From the NCBI GenBank assembly GCA_002245135.1, contig NGBS01001219.1, forward strand, positions 1-32,281: 32,281 nucleotides of DNA, given 5' to 3'. Positions within the stretch are counted from its first letter, which is position 1. Each line of letters starts with the position of its first letter. Below are positions 1-12,209 of the stretch, one piece after another. Both the position numbers and the translations under genes were made by a program. Below the pieces are notes generated by a model. The model made no database searches and was not told the DNA's origin. It saw only the letters and a list, made by a program, of their open reading frames with translations. The stretch is from Proteromonas lacertae (lineage: Eukaryota).

Positions 1-653
1 TTTCATCACCTGATAATAAGAGTGTTTCAGTAGTTATACCTATATCAATATCCATGCTGTGATAGAATTGAAAGGAATATTGATCTATTTAGAAGTAGAA
101 GGATTTACAATAAAAGAATTCATTCACTTCAAAATCCAACATAAATTATATTGGATTTACCTAATTTTATGTAATTTACACGTCACTTTAATCAATTTTT
201 TTTTCTTTTTTGTTTTTACATTGGTATTCCTGGAGCGATGAGTATTGTAAATGAATCGAGCAATGTTAGTATAGGAGATGATGACAGAGTGAATAGAAGT
301 GATCTGAGAGTGATGATTAGATATGGAAAGTTCCGATGAAGGTGAATGCGCAAGCTGTAAAAGGAATTGCAAAATAAAAATAAGTATAAAATTAAAAGTA
401 TACTTTGAGTAGAATACAGTGAAAATGTATTGGAAAGTGATAATATGTTCAAATATCCCGTGAATGGAAGTGATACGAGTGAAGTTAGTTTAAAGTGTGT
501 GTGTTAAAATCAGCTAAAGAAGCTGGTAGTGCTGAGTGTGAGTGTTTTAAAGATATTGAAGAGAAAAGTTATGAAAATGTGAAAAGATAACAATAGAATG
601 TATAAATATATATTATTTAATAATAACTAAATAGTCACAAATCGATGTGATAA

Positions 654-1860
654 ATGCATAGAATGTTTAAATGTGTATTGAAGAAGTGTAAAAAAGTAGA
701 ACATATATCGTTACATCATTTTTACTATAAGAATGGTTATATTAAATCGTTATTTGAAGATGTAGATTTCTCCAATATAAAAACGCTTGAATTATATAAT
801 GTTGTAACATTAGATGAAAGTGCCAATATTGGTGATGAATTGAAAGATAAAATGAATGAGTTAAAGAATATAAAGAATATTCGTTTTGATGCAATATCGT
901 ATAGAAGTGTAGAAAATATCTTCAGTTTATTATCAAATAAAGATAATGTAGAAAGTATTGAATTGCTAATATTGGAATAAAAAATGATAAATTATGTGAT
1001 GAGATTAACAAATTCCAAAATCTAAAGAGATTTAATTTCAGTGATAATCCTATAAAGAGAAGTATAATGGTTGATTTAATAAGAAAACTTCCAAGTGGAA
1101 TTGAAACAATAAATTTTGATGAATTATATAATTTATATGATGTAGATGATGAAAATGAAATAGTGAGTAATGGAGCCGAAGAATTAATAAAAAGAGATAA
1201 CCAAAATTTAAAAAGACTTAGTTTGAGAAACAGCAGTGGATATATAAAAAGTGTTCATATAATAATTGATAATTTAGACAAGTTTAGTGAATTGATCGAA
1301 TTTCGATTCGATTATAATCGAGTTAGTGGATTAGATATAAATAAATTATGTATAAATCTAAAGAAATTAAAAAATTTAGAAGTTGTCAGTTTAATGAAAT
1401 GTAATATGTGTGATAAGCCATTTGAAGAGTTATGTAAGAGTTTATGTGAAGTTGCAAAGTTAAAAGAATTATATATAAGTGGTAATACAATTAGTGATAT
1501 AAATCCATTAATTGATAGTATAAACAAAATAAATGTTTAGAATACTTATGTATGTGTGGAGAAGATATAAAATATGAAGATATAACTAAATGCTAAATAA
1601 TATATCGAAGTTAGATAAGTTTAAAAGAATGAAATTTGATAGTATATATATAATTTATAATTATTATATAATATGTAGAAATAAAATTAAGTAAATGCGA
1701 ACTTATTGACTTAAAAGAAAGTAGAAGAATTGAAGAAAAGAATATAGAAATTATATATGAAAAAGTAAAAATAACTGATAATAAAGATAAATTAAAATAT
1801 AATATAGAATATATACAATCATATCGAAGTGGATTATGTATGGATTTTGTGGTTTAAGTT
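654..1860 (+). pseudogene. Leucine-rich-repeat (RNI-like) protein, disrupted
   Basis: ORFs 654-980 and 1067-1540 carry LxxLxL repeats (NLKRLSLRN, LKNLEVVSLMKC, LKELYISGNTI). They join through a 1-nt frameshift near 963 (ANIGIKNDKLCDEINKFQNLKRFNFSDNPI). Further frameshifts/stops follow 1540; probable short introns at ~599-633 and ~1642-1678. Ends are approximate. Confidence 0.7.
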
Positions 1861-2029
1861 ATGAAGATAATTACTATAAGTATGGTACTAAAGAAAGTAT
1901 AAATGGATTTTATGATGGTTATGATGATGGTGAAGAATATAAAGGAAGAAAGTTTAAACTAATTACTATTATTATATAATGTCTACATATGTTTTTTTTG
2001 TTTTTTTGTTTTATTAACTATTTTAAAGT

Positions 2030-2410
2030 TGAGCTAGGCAAAGGACTTCCTTTTATGTTTTGTCACAAAGTACCTAATGCACAATAATCACCTTCTGAAC
2101 ATAATAAACTTTCTTTCTTCTACAATTATTAAACCATTCTTATCACATAAATAACCATTAGCACATTCTTACATAAGGTGCAGATCAACCAGCATATGGA
2201 CATATGTTGTAAAAATCACATTCTGTACAAAATCTATTAGAAATACCATTAGTATCAAGTCGAAAAGTACCAGGTGGATATGGAGTTGGTTATACCGAAC
2301 CACTTGGACAATAATAACCTGAACTACATTCACCTGATGGTTCAGTTAATCCTTGTAAATCTTGTCTCAACCATCAGAATATTTGCCAGTGACCTGCAGT
2401 AACTATTAGC
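2030..2410 (-). pseudogene. Fragment of Cys-rich repeat surface protein (GCC2/GCC3, ephrin-receptor-like type)
   Basis: Minus strand reads PSGECSSGYYCPSGSV*PTPYPPGTF and EGDYCALGT, matching the CxxGYYCPxGSxxPxxCPxGTF repeat; contains stops and frameshifts. Confidence 0.6.
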
Positions 2411-2699
2411 TAATATAACGAATAATCCTCTAGCTTTACTATTAAATTTTAGAGGAGTTAGAAGAATATAGGTCATAAAAAGATGTTTAAGAAGTAGTAT
2501 CCTATATTTTATAGTAATTTATATGCTACAAATAGCAACAAAAAGGAATAAAGTAGATTTTAATACATTTAGCTTGATATGTTTGACCAACAGAAGGTCA
2601 AGACCAAACCGATAGTTTCAACCACATATTCATATGCAGACCTACTTATACAACCCTGAATGTAATTGTATTTAATTATTTTCACTCATATTTTATCCC

Positions 2700-4270
2700 A
2701 TTTTATATCTAACAAACTTTAATAATGATTTAATACTGCCACTCTTGTAGCAAATATTACCCAACGAGATATACTCCAGTTTGGAATAAATACTTTCTTC
2801 TATATTCAGCTATTGCATTTTGAGCAATTGTGCCTTGATCTTGACCTAATGAAATACTAAATAGTTTCTTAGATACATTTTATCAGCTAATTTCAATAAT
2901 TCATTCATTGGGGCAGCACCTGGAAATAATATGAAGATTAATGCAGCACAACAGTTAGAATCATTATAACAAGCCATTAAATCACTACTTGGAATTTCAA
3001 TGAATTTTCTACCATTAATTCATCAATTTCTGTGATTGGATCACTACTGAAATAAATAGCTTCCCTTTTTTCTAATTCCTTCTAAAATCGAACATTAAAC
3101 TTCTCCATTCCTTGAATCTTTGATAAACCAATTATTTCATTCCAACTTTTATCACTTAACCATTTTGGTCCTTTTGTTACTGGATTGGATTCTTCAAATG
3201 TCAAAGCAGTATTACCTGTTAATAAATATCTAAAGGCAGCTGGATCTAATTCATTATTGATTAACAATATCTTTGTACATAATAAGAACGAGAATAATAA
3301 CTTATCTTTTTCAAATAAAGATCGACATACATTCTCATCTAATATATAAGTGAATGTATTATTCAAATTATTCAATCGATCTTTGATTTTATTAGTTCTT
3401 ACAGCTTTATCAATTGATAATAAGAATAGATTAATATACCAATCCAATGAATATTGGCTCAATACCAGTTAAATCAGTAATACAGAAGAATAAAACTTAT
3501 ACTCTTTCTGCTACTGGAATATAACTTGTTCGAACATGGGATATTTGTTGTTGTGTTGCTTCAGCACTCTTTACAGCTACCATAATCTCATTGGAGGTTT
3601 GTTTGGATTTAGCTAAAGTATCAATCAACTTTTCATCTTCTAATATATCACCTTCAGATGAAGCTAATAAATGTAAAATTTGATCTTCAATATCTTTCAA
3701 TGTCTTTTTATATTCGGCAACTTTCATTAACAATTCGACTCATCTTTCTTCTAATTCTCTTTGTACTTTTCCTACTAATATACCTAATAATTGATCTTGT
3801 AAACCTTCTTGAGTTGTCATAAAGTTCAATAAATTCACTTTTACACAAGTTTAAGGTGGATAATGTGGATTTCTTAATCTTGTCGTTATATATAATCGGA
3901 ATTTTTCATCATAATTTACTGTATTATCATCTAACAATTAGCTTGTCATTTTGGATCTATCATAAATGGCCATCTATTTGAATTTCTTAATATTATGCCA
4001 CTCTCTTATGGCTATTACATCTCCTAATATAACAACTAATGAATAACTTGTAAACTAGCTCAATAATCAGTTCATCGACTAGTTTTTCTAAATCTTCTTT
4101 CTTTTTTATTATGTTTTCTAATTCTTCTTATAAGGGTTGTATTTGATCAACTAATTCTTTCAATTCACCTCGTTTAGTGGTTAATTGACCTTCGGCTTTC
4201 ACTTTTGTAGTTTGAGCTTTTTCTAAGGTTTATCTCTTTGGTACTATTACTTCCTTAATATCATAATATC
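2700..4270 (-). pseudogene. Dynein heavy chain fragment (stalk to AAA5/AAA6), axonemal-like, disrupted
   Basis: Stalk-like EVIVPKR*TLEKA; FRLYITTRLRNPHYPP*TCVKVNLLNFMTTQEGLQDQLLGI; LKDIEDQILHLLASSEGDILEDEKLIDTL; QYSLDWYINLF; VCRSLFEKDKLLFSFLL; WLSDKSW; SISLGQDQG. Multiple stops, frameshifts and deletions; both ends missing. Confidence 0.92.
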
Positions 4271-4579
4271 TCTTGTTATTAATATAAATAGTTATTTAAA
4301 CAAATCATCTGATTATGAAACTATTTACAATATCATAAATCCAATAATATAATACATTACTTGACTAATTATTTCTTTAAAATTCTTTATATTTATAATA
4401 CATAAACAGAATGAATGTTTGTAAAGAGATTTGATTGAATGGCTTGATTTGATTAATGAAACGGACAAAAACATTTAGTTATAAACCGTTTTTGTTTATA
4501 TCTCATCAGTAATCACTTTTACGACTATTATTATAGTATATATTTATTAATTGATTAAATAGGTGACGGTTTAATCTAT

Positions 4580-7500
4580 ATGGGTTTACTAGGTAGTAAA
4601 GAAAGTATGTTATATGAAAAGGTTAGTAAAGAGAAAGGAAGAATGAAGTGTATAGATAATCCAACAAGCTTCATATACCAACAAGAAATTTCGAACAATG
4701 TTTATGTTGTTGAGTATAGAATTATAAAGATAAAAGAAGAAATGTTCTTAGGGTATTCAGAAGGATGTGATGAGAAGAAAAATAGCGTGGCTGTATTAAC
4801 CAATAATTGTGTTAAATATGGTGAAAAAAAATATAAATGTGAAGGTCTATTATGTGATGGAGAAGTATATGAAGTAGAATACAATATGTATGAAAAGAAA
4901 ATATAGCAAGTATATATGTGAATGATATGCCAAATACTATATATCCATTATTTTCATTGTTTGATAAAAATGATGAGATTAAAATCGAGAAATGTTACAT
5001 AAAAGATGCTGTGAAGAGAGTAAGACCACCAAGTGATGTTGGTGGAATAACAAAAAGACAAAAAACTGAAGATATATCTGAAAATGGTGTTTATGCTGAA
5101 TTGTATGAGAAGAATGATGAAAGTAGTTTTGATCAACCACCAAGTGTAAGTTCAAAACCAGTTCCACCACTTCTTTCTTCTGCTAAGAATCATCCTCAAG
5201 TTGAAGATAGAAGCAGCTGCAAAGAAGGAAATTATGAAGATATAATTAGTATGATATACAAAAGGGGAAAAAGTTTACAGTTAAGTGAGGATGAATTACT
5301 GGATATTATAAGTCGTTTACGTCTAGATAGTGATAAAGGTGGTGATAGAAGTGATGCATTATTCTCAAACAATACAAATATTCCAATTTCTTTTCCATTA
5401 GCAGGTGTTGCTATAAATAAAGAAGATGCTTTCATCAGAATAGTAAATTCTTTAAAATTAAATGTAGATAATGGTATAGAGTTGTTAGAATTTGATGAAT
5501 CTGTAAATGTATTTCAATTCCCCAAAAAGAGAATTCTTATTAGAGAATGTTATAAACAAATGTTTAGACATATTTGTTTATTATTATCAAAACAATCTAA
5601 GCAGAATATAACAATAGAAGGACAACCAGGTATAGGAAAGACTTCCTTCATTTATGCATTATTATACTTTTTAAAGACAAATTTATGTAAAGAATATACT
5701 GAAGAGCAGAAGAATTACTTAAAGATTCAAGGATATACACATGAAATGGCTGTCATGGATGAAATAATAAGAAAATATGATAAAGAAAATGAACCAAAAA
5801 TAAGAAAATTGAATGAAGAAATCGAAAATTTAACAAAAGAAAACAATAAAAAGAATATAAATGAAAATGATATTACAGAAGTAAACAATATTATTTGTAA
5901 AGATTTGAAAAGTATAACAGAAGATACATTTGGATATAATAAATTCATTAATGAGAATAGAATTAGATGTGATAGCATTATGAATAGTTTTAATAACGAT
6001 AACAACAGTATTATAAAACATTGTAATGGTAAGATTATGCAAAAATTGAACGAAATTATAGAATTATTATTACCATCAGGAAGACTTAGTAAATTCCTTT
6101 CTTCAAAAGATGTTACCATCGATGTAAAAAAATAGATGAATATTGTTGTTACATTATGAATGAAGATGATAGACTTAATACATTAAATAAAAATCAATAC
6201 AAGGATATGACATTGGTTGGATATGCATTGATAAGTATAATATTAGATAAATTAAATGAGATTAATAAAATATTATTAGAAAAAGAAGTAAATCAATACA
6301 ATATTTATAAACTACGAAAAGAAATAATGATAATTGATGAACTTAATAATACAAAGAATAGCATGAAAAGAAACCTACAAAATATTCAAGACAGGATTAA
6401 TGAAATAGAGAAGCAAAAAGAAGAAGTAGATAAAGTAAAGGATGATGAATTAGAAACTAGTGAAATAGAATTGAAAATTGGATTTAATCATTACATATTT
6501 GAAGGTGAATGGAGAAATAGACCAATATATGTAATAAAAGGAAAAAAGAAAGGATTTTATAAGGATGAAAGAATTTATGAATTTAAATATGATGAGAGTA
6601 AAAATGATTACATTCTAGTGAAACGTGAAATGACAATTGAAGATATTGTAAATACAACAGAATCAATAATAATAGTTGATACAATTAATTATGAGCACAT
6701 TGGGAAAAGAAATGCAATTATCTCAATTAGTTCACCAGATAGTGATAATAATGATTGTTATAATGGTAGTAAAGAATTATATTTTGATTCATTAGATAAT
6801 GAAGAAATAGCAGAGTGGTTTAAAGAATGTGCAGATGTTAATTTTGGTAATAATATTAGAATTGATGATTATGTTAAAAGTGAAGAATTTAAAGATGTTT
6901 GTGATAGATATGGTAATATCCCCAGACAGATTTATTTTGATTATTTATATAAAGAAAATTATGATGGTAAAGATTATTGGAAATATTATCAACAATTAAT
7001 GAATAGTGTAGTTGGTACAACAGGATTTAATGAATTTCTGAATCTATATTCAAATAGAGAGAATTTAAAAAGTAAACCATTATCCAATATATTATTAAAA
7101 TATGATATGAAATTAGAATGGGATGATGATTTAAGAGATTATATATTAAAACCAAAAAAGAATTTAAAATTCATATCTGATGATATTGAAAAATATATTA
7201 TTTCCAGATTATATCCACCAAATAATGAGATAGAGTATAAGAGTATAAGAAATAGTTATACACCTCTAAATAAGAAACCTATCAATGAAAAAACTGAAAA
7301 TGATAAAAATATGGAAAAGATATGTATGAAACAAATAATATCATACAAATTGAGTAAAGGAGATATTCTATTAACTAAAGGAGATTCCAATTTCGAGTAT
7401 GATACTGATAAACAATTACCAGGTCATTTTCCTGTTGGTGGTTTACATTCTGTTTATCATATATTGGATGAAAATAATGTGTTTGATTTAATAATGAATG

Positions 7501-9200
7501 GAGTGTTTATAAAAATAGTATTAAATGGTGAGACATTAGATGATGAAACAAAAATTAAGCAATCAATATATATTTATAGTTTAATAGCAATACAGTTTAA
7601 AGAAAAGTGGTAGATTTCAATATGCTGTAATAAGAAACGAAGACAGAATTGGATCTTATCATGATATTACTATTTCATCTCCAAAAGATCCACCACCACA
7701 ACCATCACCAACAATAGAAGATTTAGAAGTTGATGATAATAGTAATTCTGAATTGGAAGAATTAATGAAAAGATATAATATAGATGTGGGAAATATAAAA
7801 CTTCCTCTTCCATTATTTCATATCAAAAAAGAAGATGAAAGTCGAATATATGTATTTGCAAATAATAAAAAATTGTTTTTGATGAGAAAATGTTATAATG
7901 AGATGTTGAGAATAATTGATGAGGGTTTTAAGAACAATAAAAATAGATCAAAACCACATCAAAAGACATATTTAATGCTTGGCAATAAAGGAATTGGTAA
8001 AACAGTATTAGCAGATGTTATAATTGAACATATTAAAAAGATTTATGAAGGAAGAATAAATATAATATATAAATCCCAGGATGAAAATATAACAGATGAA
8101 GAATATGCTCATACAAGTGAATATACAAATGAATATATTGTTGTTGGTGATGGAGCAGTAATTGGTGAAGATGATTATCCTGATGCTAGTATGATAATAT
8201 TATTAGCTAATGGATTTAAAAAGGAATATAAAACATTTCAAAGTAAAAGATGTCCACTTGTAATGTATATACCTCCATTTACAAAAGAAGAAATAGAAAA
8301 AGTAATCCTTATCAAACATCCAAAATACTCTAAAAATTATGAAGAACATATTTTAAAATTCACAAATCTTGCAAATGCAGAAGAAATAAAGAAATGTGAT
8401 GTTGAAAGTTATGTTAATAATATAGCTTATTATAGAAATAATTATGAATATTATGGTGGACTAATTGGAAATTACTATAATAATGAGATAGAAATAATTA
8501 ATTCCATTAATCGTATGGATATTGTAAAAGCTAAAGAAATAATAGAAGGAGTTACTATATCATCTCTGTCAAAGTCTGATTATGATTTTGATGATATTTT
8601 TATATACAATACATATGAAGGTGATGTTACTAAATCCGATCATCTAATGTTTGTAACTGAAACAATAGGGAGAATGGTTATTAATGAATTATATAAAATA
8701 ACTAAAAAAGATGAATGTATTCTTACTGAATAGAACTCCGAATAGAAGTATGGTTGGACATTTATATGAAGAAATAATATTATATTTAATGAAACACAGT
8801 AACGATTTTAGAGGAAGGATTATTACTGCAATGTGTATATGTAATGAAAAGTTCAATGATATGTATGAAGAAAAAATAAAATGATTTCCTTTCCTAATAT
8901 ATAATATGTGATGAAGAAAAAGAAAGAAATGTCGTAGATACTGATTTAAATAATACATCTTTAGAAAATGTAATAAAGAAAATGGATAAAGAAAATACAA
9001 TACAATTGATGGACTTAAGCTATAGAAGAACATTTCCAGATGTTGATGCTTTTATTGGACCATTTGGTATTCAAATTACAGTTAGTGATAAGCATGAATT
9101 TAGTGGTGAAATGATAATGATTCTACAAAATCTATATAAAGTTTATAAATTTGGTTATGATATTGCAAGTAAAGATTTTCAAAATTATAATAAAGATCAT
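4580..9200 (+). pseudogene. Crinkler/RHS (CR)-type effector-like gene: SPRY-like N-terminus, two P-loop NTPase modules and a C-terminal PD-(D/E)xK REase-like domain; broken by frameshifts/stops
   Basis: ORFs 4580-4906, 4918-6135, 6156-7613, 7753-8733 and 8982 onward are collinear. Module 1: ILIRECY, GQPGIGKT, ISISSP, YGNIPRQI. Module 2: FLMRKCY, GNKGIGKT, MYIPPFTKEEI, YYGGLIG. Then GHLYEE and RTFPDVDAFIGPFGIQITVSDKH. The break at ~6127-6133 is a single missing A in a homopolymer. Confidence 0.75.
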
Positions 9201-9202
9201 GT

Positions 9203-10462
9203 TTATGGCTTAGCAATGATTTTAGCTGAACAAGGGTTATTAAATGTATATCTATATTATTATTTATTTTATAATATATATAGGAATCATCAAATCTATT
9301 TCAAATAATAAAAGAATCCATTCGAGAAGTTCCATCTTCTTATTTCAATCAAGCAATAATCATGAGAGCTCAAGGTAAAACTCAAGATTCAATCGAAGCA
9401 ATGAAAAGTTATATAAAACGGTTTAATAATCCAACGAATTATGAACCATATTTATACTTAGCTCGTGCTTTATATGATAATAAGCAGTTTAAAGAGTTAA
9501 TAACAATTTATACGAAATGTATTCAAATGGATCCTACTGTATATATATGTCTAATATATTGTTATATTCATTCAATAGAATATAAAATTATGGTATATTT
9601 TAGCCATTGCTCATACTCAATATGCTGCTTTTATTATCACAGTTGAGAAAGTTCATATGTTAGAGTTTGATGAAGTGAAAGGTGTATATCCCTGTTGTGG
9701 TAGAGAGAAAGGTGAAGAAGGATGTACAACAAGTAGACAACGTACAGTTCAAGAAGTAGCTTCTGCAGTACACTCAATGATAACAGCCAGAGATTTATTC
9801 CAATGGTTATATGATGAATATGATACATTTCCAAATCCACCTTATCAGAAGAAAACAGCTGAAGCTTATTTCAACAGTTGTTCTCAAAATATTGAACCAG
9901 CAAAAGCACATCTTGATTATGAAATAAAACAGAATGAACAATTATTTAGAGAATAACAGATTTATTTGACATTAGAGAAAGGAAGATAAGCTCAAAGAAT
10001 CGAAAAAGAAGAAGAAGAAAAGAGATAAAAAGAAGAAAGAAGAAAAGAAGAACACAAAAGATTTTTAGAAGAAATGGCGAAAATAAAATCTGAAAATGGT
10101 GATGATAATAATGAAAGAAAAAGTCGAAAAAGAAATAAGAAGTATAGTTGTATTATTTATTTATTTCAATTAGAGAATCAGTGAATAAAGATTATGACGA
10201 GATATTTGGAGATGAAGATGAGATAATAACAACCTCCAAAAAACAAAAGAGAAGAAAAGAGAAGAAAGGAAATGAATCATCTGAAGAAGAAAATGAATTA
10301 TTAACAAGTAATGAAGAAGAAGATGATGATGATAAATTAATAACGACAGTTCATAAAAGAAGATTAGTAAAATCGAATACAACTACATCTGCTGCTTCAA
10401 ATCAAGATTACTTAATCTGTTCTTTTATATCCAATTATAGCTCAATACTTTTATATTTATAA
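9203..10462 (+). pseudogene. CTR9: 3' fragment of Paf1-complex TPR protein CTR9, with introns 9246-9283, 9539-9578 and 10142-10173 and in-frame TAA at 9954 and 9987
   Basis: Spliced translation GLAMILAEQGLLN/ESSNLFQIIKES...YFNQAII...IKRF...YLYLARALY...MDPT/NIKLWYILAIA...RTVQEVASAVHSMITARDLFQWL...AKAHLDYEIKQNEQ, then a K/E/D-rich tail. This parallels the CTR9 C-terminal TPRs and coiled coil; all three GT-AG introns restore the frame. Confidence 0.75.
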
Positions 10463-10661
10463 ATATTTAGCCGTTTCTTTTATCATTTTTCATTTTTTCT
10501 CTTTAAATCATCATTAAGCATAAATATTAATATAATAACATGAATAAATTGATATATAGTATATTTTCTTTTAATATAACATTATTAGAATGACATTAAT
10601 TGTTTATAAGAAAATATAAAAGAGAGAGTGATATATAAGAAAAAGAGTGAAAAAATAATCA

Positions 10662-10777
10662 GAATCGTTCATATCTACAATAAAGCACCACATCCCATCA
10701 GAACTGCGAAGTTAAGATTGTACGAGCTATGATAGTAGTACAGTGGGGCACTCTGTGCGAAGTCATAGTAACGATTC
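10662..10777 (+). rRNA. 5S rRNA gene (single copy in window)
   Basis: 116-nt GC-richer island. Terminal helix GAATCGTT/AACGATTC, helix TACAAT/ATTGTA, CCCATCAGAAC loop, box A-like GAAGTTAAG, TAGTA loop E, box C-like AGTGGGGCAC, followed by a T run. Confidence 0.9.
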
Positions 10778-10782
10778 TTTTT
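10778..10782 (+). terminator. RNA polymerase III terminator (T5) of the 5S gene
   Basis: TTTTT directly after the 5S 3' helix, with more T tracts to ~10816. Confidence 0.75.
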
Positions 10783-10937
10783 ATTCTTTTCGCTTTTTTC
10801 TTTCTTTTTTCTTTTTATTATGATGTGGAGCAGATATAGAAACAATAAAATAACACAAACAAATAGAATCAAACTTATTCGAAAATTAAATTGCGTGGAT
10901 TTATTAAAGAAAAGATTAGAATCAATTGGTAGAAAGA

Positions 10938-12130
10938 TTTATCTTAATTTTGCTCTCATGATTAATATTAAACCTAATTCAACACACATAATTTCTCTCA
11001 GTGTATTTGAAGAAAATTCTCTTCTGTTGATTATTGCATAACCAACTAAACCAATTATAATCAAAGTACCAATAACTACACCAAAAGAAATGCCAATTGC
11101 TTCTCCAGTCTTACTAGCAGCTGATCTAGTTTGTGGTTATTCATAAATATCAGTTTGTTTTAAAATTACAAAAGAATAAACCATATCAGGTGAAGAAGAA
11201 TGTAAATCATTTTCAAAAGCATCAGATTTTAAGATATTCGATGTAATTGAGATTATTGTATTTCGATAATTCTTTGCAGCTGTAATAAATGCAACTGTTC
11301 TTACTAAATTAGATGTCATATCCATATTAGCTGTATCTCAATCTAATCTCACATTCGTTCTATCAACATCAAATGAAACTGCACTTCTTAAATGAGTTAT
11401 TAATAGATTTCTAATTATCACAAATGCTTGAGGATTTACTGCTTGACCAGATACACCAGTTGTATAATCTATTTCTGTCTTAGTGATTATTTTTCCACTT
11501 ACTAATGGAGGATCTTCTACATATTCTCTACAATCTGTATCATCTACAGATTGCCATTTTGGATTTAAGTAATTATCACCTCTACATTGTCTTTGAAGAA
11601 CACCTGTCTTTCCATCTTTACATAATATATAAGCAGTCATTGAATAAGAAGTTGCTGTTCATTCACCATTAGCTGGACATGTATTGGAAATGATTTGAAG
11701 ATAAACATTTGTGTAATAAATTCCATTAAGATTCCTTTATAATGTTTCTTTCATTAATTCAGATGGTCTTCCACTGAATTTACCTTCACTGAATGTTATA
11801 CCAGCTGGTAAAGTAGGATAACCAGGTAAAATTCATTCTAATACATTATATTTAATATTTGGTGTTAAATCTTCTTCTCCCCAAACTGGTTTAGAATCTA
11901 ATACTGTACATGTTCTATAGGAATAACCCATATAACCTTCACTACAAGCTATTTGACCTCTTTCACCTACATTCGTTGCTGGATAACCATTTTCTGCACT
12001 ACATGTTGATGCAATTACTTCCAATTGGATTGTATATGTCTTTGTTGTTTGATCTTTGCAGCTATACCAGTTATTGTGTAAGTCATTAATTTTCTTGTTA
12101 CTGTAGGAGTTCCTGTTATTGTACCAATCT
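10938..12130 (-). pseudogene. 5'-truncated type I membrane surface protein: putative Ig (He_PIG-like) repeats, Cys-rich HormR-like modules and a C-terminal TM helix
   Basis: GTITGTPT; CSAENGYPATNVGERGQIACSEGYMGYSYRTC; PTLPAGITFSEGKFSGRPS; CPANGE*TAT...CKDGKTGVLQRQC; TM AIGISFGVVIGTLIIIGLVGYAII. One frame from 12024 down to ~10938 with five internal stops (11833, ~11737, ~11659, 11338, 11137). Confidence 0.75.
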
Positions 12131-12209
12131 TATTTACATATAAACAATACCTTTTAACACTATTACTAAGTACTTATTCATTCATATAAATCATTTACAC
12201 AAACATCTC

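Noticed and set aside
1..600. Short ORFs at the window start
   Set aside because: No recognisable motifs; probably decayed coding sequence or upstream LRR exons, and not assignable.
4702..10382. Short minus-strand ORFs opposite the CR/CTR9 region
   Set aside because: Antisense shadows of AT-rich coding sequence.
10675..11041. ORFs 10675-10872 (-) and 10820-11041 (+)
   Set aside because: They overlap the 5S gene and T tracts or lie antisense to the Ig-like pseudogene; no coding signal.
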